Notes under the pieces: generated by a model
What the model saw: the letters and a program-made list of their open reading frames with translations, nothing else
Told to the model about the DNA's origin: nothing
The model's database searches: none
From: Balanoglossus misakiensis
Taxonomy: Eukaryota > Animalia > Hemichordata
NCBI GenBank assembly: GCA_040954595.2
Contig: CM082591.2
Location: 8,874,001-8,938,000, forward strand
Direction: 5' to 3'
DNA length: 64,000 nt
Translations under genes and position numbers: made by a program
Shown here: piece by piece, positions 39,223 through 52,242 of the stretch
Numbering within the stretch: the stretch's first letter is position 1
Layout of the letters: the number at the start of each line of letters is the position of its first letter

Positions 39223-41683
39223 CTGTACCAATTGAAGACGCCCTTGTATAGGAGAATTTAGCTATGTACTGACTGTCTTTTCATTTTTTCTTCATCCTAT
39301 AGAATCTACCGACCTGGTCGCTGTCAATAACAATTCAACTCCTTAAACATCCTGTGTGTGTGAAGTCTATGAACACTGGCCATGCATTTCAATTCAAGGA
39401 CAAAATGAATGCGCAATATTTCGTTTTATCGAGAGTAATGTGCAGTGATTAAATTTGCTAGGGCTCTCTTAGCAGATTTGGAGTTAGTCATTTTGGTAGA
39501 AACTTTTCGAGATGGGAAATCTTTGGTCATCTAACCAAGTTATTTGTATTTTTGTTATATAAGACAGAGTCATTTCTATATCATAGATGCAAGTTTAATT
39601 TATAACATGAATTTGAATAAAATATTTTTTTTAAAATATCACCACATGAATTTGAATAAAATATTTTTTTAAATATCACCAGATTGAAATCTTTGGAAGT
39701 TTGCACTTAGAGGGATGGCATGGCAGTTTTCCACTGTTCATATTACAAAGAATTTGGCGTCACGTGTAGATTTCATGAGTGTTCGAGTTTTGCTCTTCCC
39801 AGCCTCGTACCCACAATCCTCTGATACTTACACTTACGTCAGTTCTATAGCCGCTGACCCACTAGATTCTCCTAGTTTTGATAGTTGGTGCACGGAAACT
39901 TTTGATCGATTCACGAAATTCAAAATATGTTACATCACAAACCTCATAAAATGGAGGCTAGAGTAGCCTGTTTGTTTTCAGGTAATTTTACAATTACCTC
40001 AATTACCTTTTTTCGAGGGAGGGGGTTAAGAAAACATACAGATTGAAATAACAAGGAAGTGGTATATCAAACCGAAACCTTATCGCAATCGTGATTCTAG
40101 AGTGTTTCCATGTCATGTGACATCCACAAAAATGTGGTATTATCTTGAAAAGAGTCCCGATTTCCCAAACTGGTTTTGCGAATGTACTTCACTTTGGAGC
40201 AATGCATGAGTACATTCGTAGAAAGATATTGCTCCACTATTTACTGACACTCCTCTTGTACTGCAAATATTACTGCATTCTGTCAGGGCAAGACAAAAGA
40301 CACAGCAGAACTGCCAGAATTAAAACAGACAACTGGCAATTTCAATAAAACATGTAATAACAAATATATGTAACATTGAATGAGGTGTCCATACAGCTTG
40401 GTCATTTAAAGACCTCCAGTCATTGTGACAATGCATAAATATTTATGTACACCATGTTAAAAATTAGTTCAGGCATACCTTATACATGTATGTTTTTGAC
40501 TGACCATATCCTCAGCACGCCCTTTTTTTTTCAAAAAGACTATCATTATTCTCTGCCAGGCAGAGAGTTGCCGCTTTCTTGTTAACAATAATATACTATT
40601 ATAACATTGCATAGATTCCAGTTTGTTTCTGTCCATATCTCACAAACTGTGGTGTGCATACTGTTGAAATGACCTCAAGAAGAAAATGCCAAATGGAAAA
40701 ATATTTGACATACTAACCTGTATGATAATGTTATACGGTACATTATATTTAACGGTTCCAATCCAATGTTGAGAACTAAGAAAACAATTTGAGCAGAATT
40801 CATTTAAAATTAATTGCAGTTCCGTTTCACCGCATTTCATAGGATGCTGGCTAAAATTCATAGTATGGTGGATTACCTGTTATGCATTTCTTTCCCTATT
40901 TCGTCTGGCAGATTTGAGTTTGACAAGCTGTCATTTTCCTTTCAGCTCCGCAAAATTGATGGATTTACTTTGACAGCACACAGACTGTCCATTTGTCATC
41001 GGAGATACAAGCAGCATCAGGTGCTGAACAGCTTGCAGCAGTGTTGGAAAAGAGTACACCACACTAACTTGCAAGAGTGCTTTGGCCCTTTCTTCACACT
41101 GTCCGAAACTTGTTGTGTTACATCATTGCTTAATGAATAAGAAATACACAGGTATTTAGCGTTCCATTCAATACCTACAATATATAAAAGGGTGTCGGTC
41201 TGTATGCGACAATCTTCAATGTTCTTATGAGCACAAGGCTTTATTCAGGGAAAGTTTTACAGTAAGAATTATATGATATAAACTGATAAAGTTTGTTGTC
41301 TGTCAACTCGTCTGTCTTTGTCTTACCGATACGGTTCTAACCGCGAACACCGAGGCTTCTCTGCTCGTACACAGTATAAATCAATGGATGATAAAATGCG
41401 CCCTCTTTTGGTGAACTCTTCCTACCGCCCGACCTTCTACCTTACATTAAGGCATGTAGGGCGGTCAGGTAGATGGCAGTGTATTGCAAGCGTCTCTTGC
41501 ATATTTTTTTCCGCCAGGAATGGCATACATTCGTTTTTGGCGACACCACAACTGCTGGAACTTCTCGAAAAATTGAGAGCCGGATTTCATAAATGTTCAT
41601 GTTTTCCGAAGGGCTGAAAGAAGATCCAGAGTGGAATATTTAAATTTGCCTGTGGCAGACATCATAGTGGCTGCCAGTTATTC

Positions 41684-41865
41684 TATTTCTTGTGCAAGAG
41701 ATAGTATCTTGTTCCAGCGAGATGTTTTCTCGTGTGCACGAGAAACATGCTATCTCGTGCATATCTCGTGCGCACGAGAAAATTGCGAGCGCACTCGTGT
41801 TCACGAGAAAATATCACATGCACACGTAAGTCGTGCGCACGAGATAGAAAAATGTGCCTTGTAGT
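41684..41865. repeat. Cluster of short palindromes (tctcgtgcgcacgaga), probably a DNA-transposon subterminal array
   Basis: About six degenerate copies of the 16-bp palindrome. Confidence 0.65.
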
Positions 41866-43294
41866 CTTTCTTAGGACATGATAGCGTGACGTCGCATTGT
41901 AATTAACGGACGATCTTGGAAATTCGGCTATTAATGGTGAATGGACTTTCGCCTCCTTCGAACAACAACCGAGACTGACGTCGCAACAATGACAGAAAAA
42001 GTGAAGCAAATGGCCGACAAAACGAAGAGAATCGGAAAACGGGCAGGATCCTCGGCACAGACATCTGGGAATAATACCACCACATCAAATAGAACGACGA
42101 GTGGTGCAGGACAAACCGCCACCAGTGACTATGACAACAAGTCTGAAGGCGATGCTGGCGAACCCTTGCACAATACAACTACAGTCATACAGAGAAATGC
42201 AGCCCAGCGCCACTCAAGATTTTCCATTCCTGGTCTGGCAGCAGCCAAAATATGTCGTTGTTTTTTCTCTTAGAAGCGACCTCAGTCTGAGCTGCATGAG
42301 AATACACTGAAAATCATCGCACCTGCAACGACCCATCGACTGAGCCGTTGATTTTATTTATCGACGCACCTGATTGTTATCAGGCTGACTGAATGGGCAT
42401 GTAAGAGAATTTGCAACATTGTTGTGTTGAAGCAGACGCAGAGTCTCGGATTACATTACAGAGTGAATATACGACGGAGACACTTGATGAAATCAAAAGT
42501 TCAAACTTTGTTAGGAATAAAGAACACGGTAAAAGTTGTGCGTGTTTTTTCCATTATTTTAAATGAAAGACATACTAGTATATTCATCATGCATGATTCA
42601 CTAAGAAACATTTATTCCACTGAAACACACCAAGCGATCGAAAGATAAAATACAAAGGACATGAGTAGGTTGGGAATACTTGGAATTTAGCGAGCTCAAC
42701 AAAAAAACACGCAGTCGCTGCGGTCAACAAGTAGCTATTAGTTTCGGTTTTATGTTCGCTACAGCTCGAAAACCCAAAATGTGGTACAACTTCAAGCTAC
42801 ATAAACTGGAAAGCATAGTACGTGCAGAGCAGACCATGGTGACGAAAGCAGGTATTCTAGGTCGTAAGATAAAAACACGGCGCTAGAAAAACAGTCATCA
42901 AAAGTTGCACGTGTTCCCCGGCCACAAATAATGTAATTGTTGGCGCACAGAAAGTCCAGTCGATAAACGTTTACGCTATAGAAACTCACTCTCTCAGCAA
43001 AAGTCTGACACCCTCGTCAATGACAAAACGCAAACCGAGCTGGGTATGATCAAGTCAAACATAGGGCGAATCCCCACTCTGTGTTTTATTATTTTCCACA
43101 TACGATGGTTCTAAATAAAAATGTACCTATTAATTTGAAATGCTTACCGAGGTAAGATCATTGAAAGTTTTCAAACGTTGATGACAAATGTATAACTGAT
43201 TTTTTACAAATGAATAATCGCGCACTTGCATGTTATTTTCTCTATACCAGACACCGCGCGCGCGCCGTTGGCAAAAAAAAAAACGCGGAAAATT

Positions 43295-43486
43295 ATTGAG
43301 CATGCGCAGTCGATACTTCACATTGTAAACAAGATGGCGTCGCTGCCTATGCTTCTGGACCGCTGTCGCCCGACTATGTCGGCAAAGAAGAGACGAATTT
43401 AACCATGCAACGCCATATCGGAAGATAGAATGATCGCGAGATGAAACCGGGCTATCCAACGATTAGGCAGCCATGTTGACTGATTG
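43295..43486 (+). promoter_or_regulatory. Candidate promoter and first exon at the inner end of the right arm
   Basis: GCATGCGCAGT (43300), CAAGATGGCG (43330) and the donor G|GTATGT at 43487. Mirror of 34710-34901. Confidence 0.55.
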
Positions 43487-44939
43487 GTATGTCGCCGAAG
43501 TAATTATTTGCCATTGATTTGTTTACCAGAAACGGTTTGCCTTTGGAACACATTTGGCCTCATCGAAATTGATTTCAGAGGTTTTTTCCCAAAAACTAAT
43601 GACGTTCGTTTTCACCTGAGTGCGAGGATGGATTGAAGGGACACAAGCTTTTGTAGCCACCAATATTTTGACACTCTTTATATCAATGTTGAGCTGGCAT
43701 ATTTGCTCCAATATGATGTAGTGTACCTGTTGCATTGAAATGAAGGTGTAATAATATTACAGTGCAATCTAGTCCTTTGGGTTAATAGGAAAACGAGGTC
43801 AATAAATGACAGGTTTATTTAAATACAGGATATATTTATCACAAGCACTTATGCATATGTATGAGATACTTATTTATTTTTAATTTATTTTTTACATTTG
43901 TATTTTGAATTTATTTTGTACGTTCAGGTAATCATATGGATTTGTATGGAATCACATACACATTAATTGAAGACTATCATATCACAGAAGTCGAGCCGCC
44001 AGATGTGTAAGGTAACCATTTAGGTTTCATGACTAAGAATTCATAAAGCTACCCAATGAATGAATTTCCTTAAAATTTCACAAATGTGACAGAGTTTGCA
44101 GTTGTGCAAGAAAGTGTGTATTATTCACATAAGAATTTTTTCGTATGCATTTTTCTGATGGCAATGCATTTGACTGTAAACAAATATGGATGTCAGTTAG
44201 TAGTGCTATTTTGTCAGTGAAATGGCTTCATCATCATCCCTCCAACCAAAGTTGAAACAGAGTTGCAAATATTGCACAGCTTGAAATCATAAAATGTTGC
44301 AAAATTGAACCAACCGTTTGGTCAACGATTATGTTCTCACAGCTATTATTAGAACCAGACAATCTCAGCGAACAAGAGACATGGGCCTTATTTGCAAGTC
44401 GAGTTAGAACTGCCTTTGCCTGCCCACGGACGCCCCAGTTTCAGCAAAAATTATTGCATTAAAATGTGAGTATGGAGAACTATGCTCTGTGTTTCTTTTG
44501 TTAGCTTACATAGCTGTTGTCATTCTAGTTTTTCCTCCGTCCTGTGAGCAGAGATTCAGTTGCGAAAACCGACAGTTCTCAAAGTACAAAAGTACACCTA
44601 AATTGCCTCGGTGATGAGCATGCAGAATTTATCTGATGCTTCTTACTGGCAGAAGGACCCCACCAGTTGCAGATTGTGAATTCCATGGCACAAGGGAATT
44701 TACGCTTTGCGTTCAAATATAAATAATTAAATCCTGTAAAATTATTCTATATGTTATTTATTGATGATTCAAAAGTGTTATGACTGATTGTGTTAGAGTA
44801 CCTGTATTCCATATAAGCATGCTGTCAGTGCACATCCGATTGATAACAATTTCACATTTTTAAAAATTTGCTTCTCTGAATAATTATGAATACATAAAAC
44901 TTCATATGATATAAATTGTCCTGATATCGTAAACATTAA

Positions 44940-45381
44940 ACCCCGATGCGTGGTATAAAAGACCCCCCCCAAATCAGTGGCGAATCTTAATGCCGTTTGA
45001 CTGACAACAGACAACACCAACGATCTTGGCTCTATGAATATCGGCCCAAACAGATCCAAGCATAAAGAATTACACCACACAACGACAGTGGTTGGCTTTA
45101 TAAACACACACAACATAAAGTTATCGATGAAAAAGTACACGAGCTTTTGAAACAACGATGATTTTATGAGAAATCTGGTTTCAGTGCTTTTCAGAAGCAT
45201 CCCTGGGAAACAATAACCACGCCATTCAAACAGCTGTCAATCGCATAGAGGTGTAAAGTGTTCAATTATTTTCTATGTACATGAGATCAATTACACAGTT
45301 ATTATGCACGACGACCACTCCCAAATAAACAACTGTACAAACACACGTTAATCCGAACCCCAGTACTTTCCGCACCGGGGT
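44940..45381. mobile_element. TTAA-flanked MITE, right arm only
   Basis: ttaa|accccgatgcg...cgcaccggggt|ttaa. The empty site is aggccttaatgtata at ~33055. Confidence 0.85.
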
Positions 45382-45431
45382 TTAAGGCCTAATGCTAGTG
45401 TCACAACATTGATTACCAGACCGTTTCCCTC

Positions 45432-45541
45432 TGTATGTATGTATGTATGTATGTATGTATGTATGTATGCATGTATGCATGTGTTTGTGTGTGTGTGTAC
45501 ATGTGTGTATGCATGTTACATGTATATATGGATGTATGTCT
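45432..45541. repeat. (GTAT)n/(GT)n microsatellite, longer than its mirror at ~32945-32985
   Basis: Directly visible. Confidence 0.9.
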
Positions 45542-48500
45542 GCCCTGATCCAAAACATGAAACCACTTCGCGTATCACCTTGATATTTGGTGTGTAGATG
45601 GGATTTTGCTTAAATGAAGTTGTCATTGCAAAAATACGCAAATAATCTGTGAAATATGTGGAATTGATCAAAACTCAACAACTGGTTAGACTGCTTTGAA
45701 CATTTGTATGCATGTAGGTAATGTCATCATACCTGATATACTTTGAGTTTATATTGTGAATTGTCTATTTTTTATGCAATTATTTTGTCTTGTTTTACCA
45801 TTTGAAAAAAAAATCTTTTCCTCTTAAAGAGATTGGCTGATTTCTTTAGAATTTAGTATGACACTTCCGGTAGGTGATCTTAGTTGGTTTTGTTTAAATT
45901 GTCGCAGAATTTGTAATCTGTCATTTTTGGTCAAAATTCATTTTCTGAGAAACTCCTTAGATTGCTTTTAAATTTTGGTATGCTTGTTCCAAGAGGTAAC
46001 CCAAGTAATGTTGTATATCATTTTGGTGAAATTTACATATTGTGGTCTTGGGGCAATTTTTGCAATTTGTATTCTTTGAAACTACTAGTCAGATTGCTTT
46101 CAACTTTGGTAGGCATGGTGATTGAAGTAGATATTATACAATTTGTTGATAGTTGGATAGATGTGGTTTGAGGCAGTTTTTGTCATTGTTGAATGTTGTT
46201 TTCCCTAAAATACTTGTCTGGTTCCTTTGAAATGTTCTTACAGTAGGTCATATCTGCTTGCCAATGTCACATGATTTTTCCCATGAACACAGACATACCT
46301 AATTTTGTGTAATCCCCAGATGGGACCACAGTGTGTAATAACCTGACCAACAGTGACTAGTATATCCTGTGTGTTATACAGTACTTCTCACAAGGTTGAA
46401 GTACATGTAGACTGTTGATGATTTTTTGCGATTCTTCAGAAACTTACAATACAGAGTCTAATGTGGTAACGTCCATGGTCACATTCAGAACTACCTAGTC
46501 TATGCCCGGCAGTGTTCTGTCCGCTTTGCTTCCAAAACTAATGTCTGGCCTCACTCATGCCACTTGCCCAATAAACTAATACCCCTTGCTGGGAATTATG
46601 ATGTAACTAGCGTTGCTTTGAAGCCTATCACATTACTGAACAGTGTTGATTTGGTGTAAGATTATAGTGAAGGCAGGGCTTATTACATTGAAAATGCTAC
46701 CCAACCTTAATTACACGTATGTATATCCTTTGTCTAATCATTGGAAAAACAATGTACATGTACCAAAGACTAAGTAGCTATTTGAAGGTGAATCGCAAGT
46801 GGGCACTTTCATTACTTAACCTCAAGCAGTCGGTTAGCTACCGTATACTAAGACAAACATTCCTGGTGTAATTAACATCACTGTCATTAGTAATATCTAT
46901 CTCCAATCAGTATCAGTTCTGCCTTTATGTTATTTTAAGTCAATTGTCAAGGTTCATGTACATATATTACAGCTTAACTGTCTTGTCAAAAACTTACGCA
47001 TGTACATGTACCTAATTCTAGGCTTACCTGTAGGGTTAGAGATACAGTGTTTTATATTAATATGCATTAATATGAAACTAAAATTTGATGGTTAATTTAA
47101 GACCCCCCTGAGCAATGGTAACCTCGTTAAATATGTGCATATCTAATTCTAGGCTATTCAGCTGAAGTAGAAACTGGACATGGACAACTTCGGGGTCAAA
47201 ATCTTTTGACAAACATTTGTGTGATCTTGGTTAACTTTGACCTACATTCCTATATTTTAGCATCCGGAGCAGATACAACCTTGACACTTGGAGTGATGGA
47301 ACTATTTGATTGAATATTATGTCTTGCCTCATTAATTATGTACTTACCTAATGCAAGCCTAACCAATAGGGCTGGAAGTCTGGCTTTTTGGACATGATAA
47401 ATTTGAGATCAACATTTTTCTACAGCAGCCAGCCTTCTCTTAAAAAGAATGGACAATATAAAGGCTTTGATGGTATACTGAACTTTTGACTCCCTCCCTG
47501 AGACTGTGTGCCAATGACGGGATAGCCTACTCAGCGTTGGGTAGATCCTAAGAAGGCCTCAGCCAGGCATCAAATACAAAAAGCGGAAATGCAAGCTTTA
47601 ATGGTGGGTTACATCGTTAACTTCCCTGCAGAGCTGATTTCTCAGACTGTGAGCCAATGACGGGTAAAGCCCCTAGGTAGGGGCCACCTAAGACAGGCCG
47701 GTCATGCTTAAATCACAAAGAAGGGCAAGTTCAGTCATACTACAACTTTGTCTGCTGTATATGCTTCATAAAGATTGCAGAGTATTTTGAGAATACATTG
47801 TGTTAAGGCAGTGTGACCAGCTAAAAAGTACTGGCAAACACAGCCAATGTGTAATGAAAAACATCTAATTTGGCTAAATAAAAGACATCAAACACAGCAA
47901 AAGCACTGTGACTAGCTGAGACATAATACTCCATTATGCAGTTCCATCACTCCAAGTGTCAAGGATGTATCTGTGCCGGATGCCAAGATATAGGAATGTA
48001 GGTCAAAGTTTACCCAAGATCACCCAACATTTTGTCAAAAGATTTTGACCCCAAAGTTGTCCATGTCCAGGTTTCTACCGCAACTGGATAGCCTAGAATT
48101 AGATATGTACATATTTAATGAGGTTACCATGGATCAAGGCAGTCCTAAGTAAACCATCAAATTTTTAGTTTCATGTTAATTCATGTTAATATAAAACGCT
48201 GTATCTCTAACCCACTGGTATGCCATTCTGTGTTTCATGCTACCCAATATGGGTAAGTAGGTAAAAAGTCACCCTAGGCCATTTGAAATTTTGCTGAAAA
48301 AATCTCGTCTCTTACATATGTACATTTGGTAAAAGGGAAATTTTAATCACGGAGTAGAACATATTCATAAAAAATATTTGACGGAAAGAAGGAAGTTTTT
48401 CATAGCTTTGGTGCTTCAAATAGTAGAGAGGTTCCCTTGTTATCCTTAGACTCAAACTCAGAGTTTCCAATCTTTCAGTATTTTCATGATATTACTTTCC

Positions 48501-49268
48501 ATCTTAGATTTGTTCATCGAAACAAACTGACTGATAGGTATACATGAACATTTTATTGACTAATGAATGTGCATGTATGTTGCAATTTAAAGAAGTCAGA
48601 TATTAAACGAGCGCCACACCTGTTTTAATCAGCCTCCATATGGAGGGTACACATCGCAGAGAGATGACAAACCCCATGCAAATTCAAGTAATATGGCTCA
48701 ATGGTGCTGATTTTAAAGGATAGGTGGATGATTTGAAAAATGTTATTGTGGAAAAAGGTGTGTAAAATTTGGCAGCTTGTGAGGCTTTAATTGTAAAATC
48801 TTTGAAATGTGTTTTACTCTTTAGGTCCAATTTTGTATATGTCAATATACCATTGGGACCAATGTGAAATTGTTCTAAACTCAGAAACTCAAGAAGGTAC
48901 TGGTCAGATTGCTTAAGAAATTGGTGTGTATTTATGTTATTGAGACTTTATACAGATTTTGTTTTTCATTTTTGAAGTATATTTTTGGGGTGATTTTGGT
49001 CGTCATATACTCAGAAACCTCTACCCACATTTTTTTTAAAATTTGGTTTGCATGTTCTTAGGTGTGATTTTATGACAATTGAACAAACCCAGTGATGGAA
49101 GTGACAACATTGTTTTTTTTTGTTGGCAATTTTTGCCATTTTTGTCTGATTGCTTTGCAATTTAGTTTGCAGTTTCTAGGGAATACTTACTGTGGTGCAC
49201 AAAATTCACAAAGGTGATTTACTATCCTCATGCGCTTTGTTGAACTGGCACCCTGTTGCAAAACAGAC

Positions 49269-49585
49269 ATTATATTATACCAGTATATTGATGGTGTAAA
49301 TCACGCTATTTGATTGGTCGAGACACGACACGTGACCGTGATATATTAGCCATATACCACAGTCATATATCATAGTTAAAGAAAATGCCTTTTTAAAATG
49401 TTTTATGCAAAGTTTCAATATACTGGCATAATATAATAGCAATAAAACACCCCCAGCCATGGTATACCACTCGATTTTGACCAGTTCAACTCCATATACG
49501 CACTCGCTATCGCTCGTGCGTATATGTCGTGAACTGGTCAAAATCTCGTGATATACCATGGCTGGGGGTGTTTTATTGCTTAATT
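49269..49585 (-). mobile_element. Non-autonomous hairpin element (Crypton-like)
   Basis: ~140-bp hairpin at 49438-49580 closed by agcaataa/ttattgct. The opposite end reads ccaatc...tataatataat on the minus strand, as in 51670-52242. Confidence 0.7.
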
Positions 49586-51000
49586 ACAACACTCTTTGAA
49601 TTGAATTCATAGCTACCAATTTTTCGGGGGTGTAGCACCTTTTTTATGCCTAAAACTTTGATCGAGAACTTCAAATTAAATGCAACCCTCCAAATATTTG
49701 CAATATTTCAGGTAAAATGATATAATTTTAAAGCATAAATTTTGATGTATTCATAATCATTAAGAGAAACACATTTTGAAAATAGAATATTAATCACACT
49801 ATCAGTCATAATACTTTTGAATCATCACTAAAGAACATATAGAAAAATTAAACAGGATTTAATTATTTATATTTGAACGCAAAGTGTAAATACCCTTGTG
49901 CCATGGAATTGACAATCTGCAACTGGTGGGGTCCTTCTGCCAGTAAAAAGCATCAGATAAATTCTGCATGCTCATCAATTTAGGTGTACTTTTGTACTTT
50001 GAGAACTGTCGGTTTTCGCAACTGAAACTCTGTTCACAGGACAGAGGAAAAACTAGAATGACAACAGCTATGTAAGCTAACAAAAGAAACACAGAGCATA
50101 GTTCTCCATACTCACATTTTAATGCAATAATTTTTGCTGAAACTGGGGCGTCCGTGGGCAGGCAAAGGCAGTTCTAACTCGACTTGCAAATAAGGCCCAT
50201 GTCTCTTGTTCGCTGAGATTGTCTGGTTCTAATAATAGCTGTAAGAACATAATCGTTGACCAAACGGTTGGTTCAATTTTGCAACATTTTATGATTTCAA
50301 GCTGTGCAATATTTGCAACTCTGTTTCAACTTTGGTTGGAGGGATGATGATGAAGCCATTTCACTGACAAAATAGCGCTATTGACTGATGTCAATGTTTG
50401 TTTACAGTCAAATGCATTGCCATCATAAAAATACATGTGAGAAATTTCTTATGTGTATGATACACACTTTTGTGCATGACTGCAAACTCTGTTACAGTTG
50501 TGAAATTCTAAGGGTTGAATTCATTGGGTAGAATTCATGTTTTTTGGATTCTTAAACAACCAGTCACGAAAGCTAAGTGGTTACCTCAGAGAAACTGTGT
50601 TAAATTTGGTCATCAATTGCTTTAAATCACACAAGACATTCCCAGAGCTAAAGTTACTGCAGCAGTCAGTTTCAACTCAGCTTGCAAATTGGGATCATGT
50701 CTTGTGTTCATCGAGACTGTCTGTAGTCGAGTTGACAGTCCTATGGGGTCAATGATGAACCTACAAATGTTCTTTCCAATGAAATTGTTATAAATCTAAT
50801 ATTCAGGATTTGCATTCATACCTTAAACAATATAACTGTATTGCAAATATGGCAACTCTTCTAAGTTACATTGGAACACCTTCTCGCCACTGTTTGTGCC
50901 AAAATGGTGAATAAGCTTTCATTTTCAAGCCTTAACATAGGCACCCAAAACAAGACAACAGCATTGCAAATATGGCATTTTTTGTTCAACTCTTCTCATT

Positions 51001-51650
51001 TGCATAGTCCAAAATGGCCGCCAAACTCCTCTAACATGTAAATTTCCTATGGTCGTCTTAAATAGCGTGTAGTATCGCATTTGCAGGGTTTTCATCAATA
51101 TGGGTACCTAAAACAATTTCAACGTGGTTGACATTGCAATGTTAGACAGCTGTTCTAATTTGCATAATCTAGAATGGCCGACAAACTTCTCTAACATGTA
51201 AATTTACTATGGTTGTCTTTAATAGTGTGTAATATCGCATTTGCAGGGTTTTCATCAATATGGGTACCTAAAACAATTTCAACGTCGTTGACATGGCAAT
51301 ATTAGACAGCTGTTCTAATTTGCATAATCCAAAATGGCCACCAAACTCTTCTTAAATGTAAATTTCCCTGTTTTGTCTTATATGGTGCCTAAAATCGCAT
51401 TTGCAGGGTTTTCATCAATATGGGTAACTAAAACAATTTCAGCATGGTTGACATGGCAATATTAGACAACTGTTCTAATTTGCATAATCCAAAATGGCCG
51501 ACAAACTTCTCTAACATGTAAATTTCCCTGGTTTGTCTTATATGGTGTGTAATATCGCATTTTCACGGTTTTAATTAATATGGGTACCTAAAACAATTTC
51601 AACGTGGTTGACATGGCAATATTAGACAACTGTTCTAATTTGCATAATTC
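51001..51650. repeat. 160-bp tandem satellite, about 4 units
   Basis: tgcata recurs at 51001, 51161, 51321, 51481 and 51641. The mirror at 25930-26160 has only about 1.5 units. Confidence 0.92.
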
Positions 51651-51669
51651 GAACACCTGCTGGATAATT

Positions 51670-52242
51670 AAGCAATAACCCTCGCCGCAGGCGGGTATAC
51701 ACGAGATTTGGGTACAATTCGAGACATATAGCACGAGCCGTCAGGCGAGTGCTATATGGAGCGAATTGTACCCAAATCGAGTGTATACCCGACTGAGGCG
51801 GGGGTTATTGCTATTATATTATATCAACAACTGTTTTTGTGGCATATCAGTGTCATTTTCTTACCGAAACGGCGTCAGAAAGAGAAATTACGATCGTGAA
51901 CCAAAATGGCTACGACGAATGTAAACGCGAGCGTCCGGGATCGAGCATTAAACATGAAGCAGACGACAAAAAGTGACAAGACGGGCATCGCGCGTGGCAA
52001 AGCGACAAATATATCCACAGAGCAGTTCCAAAATAAAACGTCCGTTAATTCAACAGTATTTTTGTTTTATTTATTTGGTTTAAACACGCGCGACTGTGGT
52101 TTAACCGCACATTTTTGCTGCCGAATGCTAGTTCAGGGGCCCGTTTTACCACTGCTAGCCATGGTAAAACAGTATTTTACCATCGCTGGATTCAGCTCTC
52201 GTCCAATCAGAATCGCGGACGGTAGCATGATATAATATAATT
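51670..52242 (+). mobile_element. Non-autonomous hairpin element (Crypton-like), right arm only
   Basis: ATAATT direct repeat (51664-51669 and 52237-52242), hairpin at 51671-51812, no TIR. The empty site is at ~25910. Confidence 0.8.

Noticed and set aside
39803-39966. Somatostatin identity for the C-x12-C peptide
   Set aside because: Loop length differs, the FWKT core is absent and the cysteine is not C-terminal, so it is left as an unknown family.
41941-42310. S/T/G-rich 110-aa ORF
   Set aside because: Low complexity with no family motif; it cannot be supported as a gene from sequence alone.
44605-44640. GTGATGA...CTGA as a possible C/D-box snoRNA in repeat A
   Set aside because: The boxes are too close together, there is no terminal stem, and the C box is not preserved in the other A copies.
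47500-47535. LCANDGIAYS as a possible Kazal-domain motif
   Set aside because: The other cysteines are missing, the frame closes quickly, and the twin motif contains stops.
51001-51650. Regularly spaced repeats as a possible CRISPR array
   Set aside because: Whole 160-bp units repeat with no unique spacers, and the context is eukaryotic.
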